A stretch of 64,000 nt of DNA from positions 43,278,001-43,342,000 of the forward strand of contig OZ076409.1 of NCBI GenBank assembly GCA_964187785.1, read 5' to 3'. The position numbers and the translations under genes are program-made. The notes under the pieces were generated by a model that had not been told where the DNA came from, ran no database searches, and was given only the letters and a program-made list of their open reading frames with translations. Source of the DNA: Amphiscolops sp. MND2022 (taxonomy: Eukaryota). Of this stretch, positions 36,901 through 64,000 are shown in pieces. Numbering within the stretch: position 1 is the stretch's first letter; each line of letters opens with the position of its first letter.

Positions 36901-39050
36901 CCGTGTGCGAAGGCATCTCGTAGTTTTTTGTGTGAGCGCGGGCGGTGAGATGGACTATCGGCTGTGGAGGCGACCGTCTTGTGATCGAGCCATTTTTGTC
37001 GACGAAAATGTGGTGGTCAAGGACGACCGCATGATGACCAGTTTTATCAAAAGAGATCGTGCAGGCAACCGAGCTGTCGCACTAATTGCGGAAGAGAGTG
37101 TTGGATTCAGCCACATTGTTTATTGTCTTTTGGCAGTTCTTTTTGAGTTTAGACATACAGACATTTGCCAAGTGATTCGTATTGTCACACTCTGAAAAAA
37201 AATGTTCCAGGCTGGGCTCTTCTCCTTTCTAACCTGTGTATCACGTGCATCACCGTTTCTTTTTTTCCCGCATTTTGGCTTTTGACTAGGTGTTGGTCTC
37301 GTGTAATGTAATTCGCGTATTCGCGTAGGTGATTATAATTCGCGTATAATGTCGCAGACTCGAGTTCTGTAGAGTTGCTTGTAGTCGTTTTGCCAGCTTC
37401 TTTGGCTACTATAAACTTTTATCGTCCTTCCTTGGTCGTGTCTTGGTTAATGTGTCCCACTACATTTTGCTGTCGCCGTCGCCAAGTCGTCTAATTAGGG
37501 CGTCACGGACCATGTCATTGGTAAAATTATCTGCTTCAAGTTGGTTGTGAGAGCACTTTTCAGAAAACTTGTACACCTTTGCTTGACCGCGTAACCAATA
37601 ACCTCCACTCTGGAGTCTCGATTGCAGTTAGATCATCTATCTGGGTTGGCATTGTTATGTTTGAAAGGGAGCAGAGTCGGTTCTTGCGTAGACTTGCAAC
37701 GTTTGAGGAGCTGTAATGTAAAATGGCATCATGGTCAGCTATGCGAGTCAGGGATGTCAAGTATTTTTCAAGTTACTTGATCAAGTATCAAGTATCACTA
37801 ATTCAAGTTCAAGTTCAAGTATTAAAATTATAATTTTGTGTCAAAATTCAAGTATTTTCAAGTATTTGGGGAAATTCAAGTATTTTTGAATGAATCCCTG
37901 GAATTTCAAGTAGTTTTTCAAGTATTCAAATTATTTTTCATACTTTTTTATTTGTTTTTACTTTTTAATTTTTAACTTTTTTAAATATATTTTCATCATT
38001 TTGTTCAATTCAACTAAATAGTTAAAATGAAAAATACTATTACATTACACTGCTAGGTCAAAAATATGACCAAGTTCTTCAGTTAAAAATGACAATAGCA
38101 TGCGAAAAATATGTAAGCTTGTGTACCAGGACAATATTCCAATAAACGAGATTGTCAATTCAGCTACGCTAAAAGAAATGTTTCAAAAGTTGGGGTACGA
38201 TAAAGTTACAAAGGACAAGTTGAATAATTGCTTAAATAGAGAGTACGACGAACGTGTGACAAAGAAACGTGATGCGCTTTCTCAGAGGTCCTCTGCGGAT
38301 TTACCTGTCTTGTCGTTTGATAAATGGACGGCACAAGGAAATTGTAAATATGAGGTATATGCATTGCTAAGAATTATCTCCAGTAACGCTTGTCTCCAGA
38401 AATACATAATCGTAATGTCTTTTTGAATAAAAATTCAAAATAAAAACTGTTTTACATAGCTTTCTGTAGCAGCTTGTTCTTGTGTTATAACAGCCTAGAA
38501 ATGCACACGAGAAGTACAAGCAGGCACTTAGTTTAAATTTTATATTTTCAAGAATTAACATGTCAAGTATCAAGTAGTAAACTAATACTTGATCAAGTAT
38601 CAAGTTCAAGTACTTCGAACAATTTCAAGTTCAAGTATCACGATGTCAAGTACTTGACAACCCTGATGCGAGTAGCTAATTTTTTGGCGTCGCACCTGAT
38701 GATGAAGTACTCCGAGTCTTCACTCGTGCTTTCTGCAGACACTTTTTGGCGGTGCACTCTGTCGATTACATCCTGTTGACAAGCGCCGTCGCATGCGAAT
38801 AACCGTGCACATGAGCCGCTTCAAAATCCAAAGTCCCCTTGGCGTAAGTACATCCTTCGGTGGGGCAATTTAGCAGCACCATATCTACCGGACACGTTTA
38901 CTAGCTAGTTCTAGGCTTAGAGCACACGATACGTGATGCTGCCAAAGTATATACAGGGACGGGTTTGAAATAAACGATAGGTGATACTTCTAGGACAGAT
39001 AAAAAAATACGCTTGAAGCACACGATATGTGATACTACAAAGTCATATTC
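33940..39050 (-). mobile_element. Second, heavily decayed Ty3/Gypsy element
   Basis: RT (WNGYHSVPI, KYIDD), RNase H (YGLESAHHFVL) and integrase (SNARAELGVK) fragments; PPT ggaggggagggaga|tgtaca at ~33978-33991; TGG-initiated PBS-like site near 38881; LTRs poorly preserved. Confidence 0.8.
37749..38665 (+). mobile_element. Internally deleted hAT transposon nested in the second Gypsy
   Basis: TIR cagggatgtcaagta / tacttgacaaccctg; 8-bp TSD ATGCGAGT; transposase fragment LSFDKWT (ORF 38100..38426); subterminal tcaagt repeats. Confidence 0.9.
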
Positions 39051-39242
39051 ATGAGCAAGACAGTTGTAGTTCTGAAGCAGTTCAGTCTTAGTTTTTGAGG
39101 AAAAGGGACATTCTGAAAACAAAACATGTAAGGAATAAGATGAGGAACGCAATAACAGGATAGGATTGATTGTTCCTTGTAATTTGCAGGATTTCAGTAG
39201 ATTGCTGAAGTTTCTCGCTCACTTACTGAGAATAAAAGATAA

Positions 39243-39738
39243 TAGGGGTTGTCAAAAATTAATTTTTGGGAAACAATCAATTATCAAAGATTGCAATCAT
39301 TTAATTTAATTTTAGAAAAAATAAATCAATTAATTGCAATTAATCGTTGTTATGCACAGCATTTTGAAACAAGTTCTTCTTCCCAAAATTTTTTGTTTGT
39401 TTTCAAGAACAGCTACATTTCTAAGTTCATAGGTGTCATTTTTTGGCGAAAATCGTCGTATGCAAGGCCAGAAACGCTGAAAAACCTCTCGATCAGGTTT
39501 GAGGTTGGCAATAAAAATCTTGTTTCAATGTAACCGTTGTCATGTTCAGCTTTTACCTTTCGTCGTTTTATAAATTCCGCAACCGACGTGATTTGACATA
39601 ACAACGAGTAAATCAAAAGTATTACAATTAATTGCATCTAGCGATCAATTAATTGCAATTGCTGGAAGTCTTCAATCAATTCATTGATTGCAATTAATTG
39701 CAATTTATTTTTCTCCAAATAATTTTTGACAGCCCCTG
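39243..39738 (-). mobile_element. Short hAT derivative
   Basis: TIR taggggttgtcaaaaatta / taatttttgacagcccctg; hAT C-terminal dimerisation motif LPTSNLIERFFS...RQKMTPMNLE; TSD degenerate. Confidence 0.8.
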
Positions 39739-39786
39739 GAAAATATAGAAACCTCTAACGGTAGAAGTTGTTTCATCGAAAAGTTT

Positions 39787-40135
39787 GGGTGGCTGTAAAT
39801 AGGTCGAATTTTTCTGGTCGAAAGGACAGAGGTCGAACCTTTCGATCGAATTGCAGGGATCGAAAGGAATGCGGTCGAATTTTATCGTATTTGTTGTATG
39901 GCTCGGTCGCTTCGCTCCCTTCGCCAAGTACTAACATTGAGGCATGGCCATATGACACGTCGCTCCGCTTCGCTTCGCTCCTGCATTCAGGGCACTAGGG
40001 GTATGTGAACATATCTGACTACGGTACAAAAATTTCGATCCGAGTTGTTTCGATCCCATTCAAAAATTTGGTATGTCGACCTGAGGACTAACTTTGATTT
40101 TCGATCCCGTTCTTTCGACCTAGTTCCGCCCACCC
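39787..40135. mobile_element. Mutator-type MITE
   Basis: Ends gggtgg.../...ccaccc; 9-bp TSD gaaaagttt/gaaaaattt; ggtcgaa/ttcgacc subterminal repeats; core shared with 32505-32883. Confidence 0.8.
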
Positions 40136-41105
40136 GAAAAATTTCATACACTCTTTTAATAGAGTTGAGTTTATGACTTTGTACAAAAGGGGTTTTTGAG
40201 TAAGTTTCGATAATTTTCGGAACGATCAATTGAAATTCTTCCCTAGCATTTTTCTCTTCTGGCCGAAACGACTTGGGGGACCAGGTTGATTAACAATTGT
40301 TTTGAAAGTCAATTCATTAGTTCAGTTCGAAGAGTATTTATTGTGGTAAAGTTGTCTTTTTCGCGAGTGTTTCACTCTTTGAATAAACAGGTTTCAAGGA
40401 CGAAGGTAAAACCTCTGTTTGATTTTATGAATTGAAATTTCATCAACCTTGCTTTTCAAGTAATTGAATGAAATGAATTTGAAGTTTAGATCATTGTCGT
40501 GGGGAGTTATCATTCTTTTTGAGATCGATTTTTTGTGTGATCAAAAAGCAAAATCCAAAATGGATCAAAAAGATCGGATTGTATCGTTTTTGCTACGTTT
40601 GTGCTCCTGCAAAGCTTTAAGAAGTTTTAGGTAGTTTTTCCCACCTAACATGGTGTCATATACAATGTATGCACGCCCGCGCTCAGCGTTGCAAAGACCA
40701 GCTCCCACTAAGATTGCTTCGCGATCTCCGTTCACGTTAGGTTTTTGCTCCTGTTCGACCTCGCTTAGCAAGATGGGAACATAAGCGGCCCCACGGGGCC
40801 GCGGGGCACTAGAGGTGTCGTGGTGGAAATTTTTTTTATTATTTTCTACTATTTTTTCCCTTTTTTTACTTTATCAGATATCATGGATCTTCGTCATCAA
40901 TCAAGTGCCATGTGTATCATCATGTTGGGGGGAGCAGACACACACCCGTGGTCTGCAACGAAAGTAGGGAACCCCATACCAGCCACTATACCAGTAGACC
41001 AGTAACAAAAAAACAACCAACAAACTGCTCAAACCAGCCACTATGCAGTCGACCGGTGAAATTTTTTTTAAAGCTGCTTTGATATAAAGGTTAAAAATAA
41101 TTAGG

Positions 41106-41950
41106 CTATATGTAATAAATTTCTTCGAACGCATCTCTGTCGCTCACAGTTCCTAGAACACAGGCCGCATTGCCGATCTGGAGAGCCATTGAAATCCGTT
41201 GCTTCACAAAGCAGCCAGCTCGTTGATCGTCGTGCGAAGGACAAAGCATTTTACAGAGACGCGTGATGAAAATTTCACTGCTCTCGCCTAAAGAACCATG
41301 TACTTCCAAGGCCACTGGCTGAAAATGTATCCATTGTCTAATAATTCGCAATACTTCTCAATTTTTCGCGTTTCAGCCTCGGTGGCGGTGGTTCCCGGGT
41401 TGCAAGAGCCTTGATTCAGGCGACTGGGTGCAAGAGCATCCACAACCGTGACATCCCACACCAGCTGTTTACCCATTTCCCAAGGAATCATGGTAAGACC
41501 GTCTGGGCGTTGGCCATCAGTTCGGTACAGTCCACGCGGTTCGAGCATTGAAGGCAAGTCGAGAGATCCCAACGTCTGCTTTATGAGGGAATTGAGAGTA
41601 GCATGACGTGAGAAGCGACCAGCACTCTTGGTGCAAAAAAGACCGTGTAAACCGTCCCGTTCAACTCTTTTACCACAGTGGCACGTATGCGCAACGCAGA
41701 TGTTGGCACCGAGACGCAACCCAATTGAAATTCGAAGTTGCTGATCATCAAGCTTCAGGCCTAGGTTCTTGCAAGGAACGACGTTGAGCCATTTAGACCC
41801 GAATTTGCCTTGATGAGCGTTGAAAACTTTCGAACGTTTGTCATCCATTCTAGAAATCAAAGCTTGGGCGGTTTTGACGTAGACAGGTTGTGTCCAATTT
41901 TTCTGAGTTCCATCAAGAGGACTTTCCTGTTCATTCGTGGTGGAAAACAC
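41106..41950 (-). pseudogene. 5'-truncated non-LTR retrotransposon of the restriction-like endonuclease (CRE-like) type
   Basis: WL...LRLG, CHCG...HGLFC Zn knuckle, RH, RPDG...DVTV and RKIEKY PD-(D/E)xK endonuclease motifs; one frameshift near 41340. Confidence 0.85.
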
Positions 41951-42156
41951 TACTTGCAGGAAGTTTCTATTTGATATGCTTTCACCTCAAGCATACCTAA
42001 CACAATTAGGATAACATAAATAAGAATAAGACAACGACAGTTTATACGACAGTATATACTATGTTTTTTAGTGTGGCAGTAGTTCTGTCCTGTAATCATT
42101 TAGTGATTGTACAATACCTGGTTTTTGCAACTAAATGTTTCTTTTATTTTAGATAC

Positions 42157-42210
42157 AATGTTAACTGATGATGAATGATGTTACATTCGAAAAGCTTTTT
42201 AATTCAACAC
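42157..42210 (+). ncRNA. Minimal type-I hammerhead ribozyme (PLE pseudo-LTR, copy 1)
   Basis: ttaa-CTGATGA-t-GAATG atgtta CATTC-GAAA-AGCT-TT-ttaa: core boxes, stem II, palindromic stem III (AAGCTT) and stem I ttaa/ttaa. Confidence 0.75.
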
Positions 42211-44622
42211 TTGTCTTTTTATTCCTCAATTTTACAATATCAAGTGTGTTACCCCGAAGATTCCTATACTGGGAATTGGCAAGGCGTGATGTACTGAAGC
42301 AATACCGCGCCTATGAAAAGAAATATATTCAGTTACAACTTTCAATACAACGGATTTGTTTTTTGGAGTCATGTGTTTCTCTTCGTCTTATCCCGAGTTT
42401 CTTGAAGTTCAGAGTTCCGGCCAATGGATGTTTTAACGAATCGACTGTCCTGAACTTCCAAGGAAAACTATTGCAACAAGAGCTGAAGAAGGCAAAGGAC
42501 GATCAGAAACGTGTTGAAGTAGAGCTGAAACGACGAAGGGATGCAGTTAAATTTGACGTGCCTGAAAAATTACATCCTTCATTGTGGTTTCATTTGAAAG
42601 AATTGTGTAAAAAACGTGTACAGGAGGCTAAAGCAAGGCACCAACGAAAAATTGAAAATGCCAGTGCTATGCAAGATAAGCCCCTTTTGAACACAACCGG
42701 CTATCTGAAAATTCCTAGACGACATTAAAGTACCTGATTATGTACGTGAGTTGCTCAGATATGGACCCAAACACCCATGTCGGACCTCTTTTCAAGAAGA
42801 ACAGTTTTTGGCCAACATAGACCTACTGTTGGAAAGAGCTTCCATGGAAAAAGTACATCAGGATGCTCGCAATAAAATCAATGCCCTCACGGTGGGGTAT
42901 GTAATGAAGTGCAAGTATAGAAAGCCTGATAAAAACATCAAAAGTACCAGACAGTGGTTGAAAGACCAGGGCATACTGGCAGTGCCGTATGACAAGGGTA
43001 CCGGTTTTTGCCTTATGAAAGCTGAGACATACAATCTTAAGGTCAGAAAATTGCTTGAAGGCCCCCAGTTTGTTCCTTTGGCACCAAAGAAAAAAGATCT
43101 GACGTTAATCGAGGAAGTTCGTGTTTGTAATGTGCTTAAAACGCTTCAGTCTGATGGTAAGATTGACCAAAAACTGTTTCAAGCAGTTAAACCCATTGGA
43201 TCACAGCCTGCATGTTTCTATGGTCTCGCGAAGGTCCACAAGAAGGTTATTCCGCTGCGACCTATCGTCTCAATGCCCGGGTCAGCATACCACCCATTGG
43301 CAAAGCAGTTGGCAAATTGGATATCAAAGCTACCGGAGGCCTCAATTTCTTGCAACGTTGGTCAGGTCATGAGACAACTCTCGGACATCCAACTTCAATC
43401 TGATGAACAGTTAGTTAGCTTGGATGTAGAGGGCCTTTCCACCAATGTCCCTGTCAACGAGGCCATTGAATACACAACTGAGCTCATGTATTCGCCCAAC
43501 CATGACTTTGCACCACCAATTGATCAAGATACCTTTGTGAAGCTGCTGAAACTTGTATGTGTTGATGTGGTGTTCTCTACCCATCAAGGTTACTTCAAAC
43601 AAGTGGACGGTGTAGCTATGGGCAGCCCCTTAGGTCCCCTTCTCGCAAATGTGTTCATGTCAAAATTTGACAAGGATCTAGGCCTCTTCAGTTCCTTCTA
43701 TTATAGGTATGTGGACGACATACTGAGAACTATGTTGGTAGGAGGAGGAGAGTACCTGTTGAATTTTGCGAACACAATGCATCCAAATCTCAAGTTCACA
43801 TTGGGAAGTGAGGATAATGAAGGTGGACTATCATTTTTAGACATGCGTGTGGAGCATTTTGGGAACAAAATCGAAGTCTCATGGTACACCAAAAAAACGG
43901 ACACTGGTGTTGTTCTCAACTATAACAGCGAAGCACCAAACATTTTCAAGTGTGGCATCGTATCAGGTTTCGTACATCGCATATTCAATACATGCTCTTC
44001 GTGGCTTAGATTTCACGATGGACTGATGAAAGCACAGAAGATTTTACGTGACAATCAATATCCCACTAGTTTTATTGAAAAAATTACCAGTCACACGCTG
44101 GACAACATTTTGGCACCGGTGAAGAGTGGTCTTCCTGCGAAGCCGAATCGTCCGAAGGCTGATCTGAACATCGGTTTAAAGTTAATGTACAATGGGCCGT
44201 CATCCATTACCTTTGCCAAGAATCTGAAGAAGACCCTAGAACCATTGGCATCACTCAATGTCTACTTTACCACCACGAAATTGAGGTCAAACTTGCCTAG
44301 CCTGAAAGCAATTGTTCCTAAACCTATTCGGAGTCATCTTGTATACGAAATGAGTTGTTCTGCTTGTAGTGGAACCTATGTTGGACAAACCATCCGACAT
44401 TTAGACGTCCGAATACACGAACACAAGAACAAAAGCACGCCAGTGGGCCAACACTTCTCCAATTGTGGATTGGAATTGAGCTTGGAAGACGTGCGAATAC
44501 TGGCAACTGAACAGCATCCCAAAACCCTATTGGCACTTGAAGCTGTACTCATTCGTAGAGAGAAGCCCATCCTCAACACGCGCGACGAATTTAGAAGCCA
44601 CACGCTGAACTATGTTTTTTAG
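42168..44622 (+). CDS. Penelope RT / GIY-YIG endonuclease polyprotein with one frameshift near 42710
   Basis: DKG, YGLAKVHK..PLRPIVS, GVAMGSPLGPLLAN, RYVDD and LSFLD RT motifs; VYEMSCSACSGTYVGQT...RIHEH GIY-YIG; ORFs 42168..42728 and 42751..44622 are joined by a 1-nt shift. Confidence 0.9.
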
Positions 44623-44705
44623 TGTGGCAGTAGTTCTGTCCTGTAATCATTTAGTGATTGTACAATACCTGGTTTTTGCAACTAAATGTTTTTTATTTTA
44701 GATAC

Positions 44706-44760
44706 AATGTTAACTGATGATGAATGATGTTACATTCGAAAAGCTTTTTAATTCAACACT
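44706..44760 (+). ncRNA. Minimal type-I hammerhead ribozyme (PLE pseudo-LTR, copy 2)
   Basis: Same motif as copy 1; CTGATGA at 44714, GAAA at 44738. Confidence 0.75.
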
Positions 44761-45215
44761 TGTATTTTTATTCCTCAACAGTATATACCAGTGATTAATA
44801 ACTCTATATATCAAGGTTAAAATGATAGAAACAGGAGAGGTACAACCTGGTAGGAGGTGCTTGTGGCGGTTGGTTGCAGGTTTCTCTCCTTCTTGTGTCT
44901 CGCCGCATCTTAAGTTAGTGATAAAAGCTCAAGAGCTGTCCAGGTTCTGCTCACCTACGGCTGAGATGGTTAGACTTTTCGACAGTAACCAAAATTTGTT
45001 CAGGCCCAGCGCGCATAATGATATGAAACAAATCAAGTTTGTGAAAAAGAAAGGGAGAAGCCTATTTAATAAGTTTATCACAACAATTAGGCTAAAAGCA
45101 AGCATAAGTATGTCCAATACTAATCGGAATGTTTCCTTTCTTGTTTTTTCTAATAGTCTGTGGAAGTTCATTTTTCCTATTTTCAGTTCCAAGATGGTTG
45201 GATGAGTTGATCACA

Positions 45216-63659
<18,444 letters not shown>

Positions 63660-64000
63660 GTCAGCACAATTTACATGTTTTATGTCATTAAAAAGCCATG
63701 GTGATAATAGTTGCTCCTTTATCTTTGTTAAAACACCCGAAAGACTTTGTCTCAAAACTATAACTCCTTTCTCTTGCAAATCGTTCTCAAATGGGTAGTA
63801 GTGATTTCCAGTGAACTTTAACCGATTTCTTAACCGAAACTGATTCAAATGTTTCTAAATGAATCGGTTGAACGGACTTTTGTACGTAAAACTATTTCAA
63901 CAAAATTTTGATCAGTTCCTCGGAACCTCCACGAAGGAGTTCAAAATTCGAGAATCTGAGGAATATCCAACAAATAATTGGACTACCCATTGTGCTTTAA

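Larger units (their letters stand above)
42058..44778 (+). mobile_element. Penelope-like element (PLE), near-intact
   Basis: Direct pseudo-LTRs 42058-42229 and 44609-44778; flanking duplication ACAGTATATAC (42049-42059, 44778-44788); RT plus GIY-YIG ORF. Confidence 0.93.

Noticed and set aside
44929..45192. Hydrophobic 87-aa minus-strand ORF head-to-head with ABCC
   Set aside because: No recognisable motif, almost no room for a promoter, and AT-rich DNA often yields such ORFs; cannot be supported without RNA data

Overview
AT-rich eukaryotic (metazoan-like) genomic DNA dominated by transposable elements. Host genes: the last two exons of an unidentified gene (11-902, +) and the first 15 coding exons of an MRP1/ABCC-type ABC transporter (45216-63659, +; it continues past the window). 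The most unusual object is a 15.6-kb Ty3/Gypsy LTR retrotransposon (6253-21891, minus strand, TG...CA LTRs, TCCTC target-site duplication). Its ~1.5-kb LTRs contain the first ~188 codons of gag, and it carries ~6.6 kb of cargo between pol and the 3' LTR. The cargo is an antisense, intron-containing gene with a Zn finger and hAT-transposase-like features, plus a sense accessory ORF, with a probable bidirectional promoter between them. Other elements: a solo LTR with the same gag-in-LTR architecture, a second decayed Gypsy, a near-intact Penelope element with hammerhead ribozymes, a CRE-like restriction-like-endonuclease retrotransposon fragment, three hAT elements, a Mutator relic, four Mutator-type foldback MITEs, and about ten copies of a DINE-1/HINE-like family, several of which carry a tRNA-like module. 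No rRNA, credible tRNA gene or CRISPR array was found. All calls come from manual reading; no database search was run.
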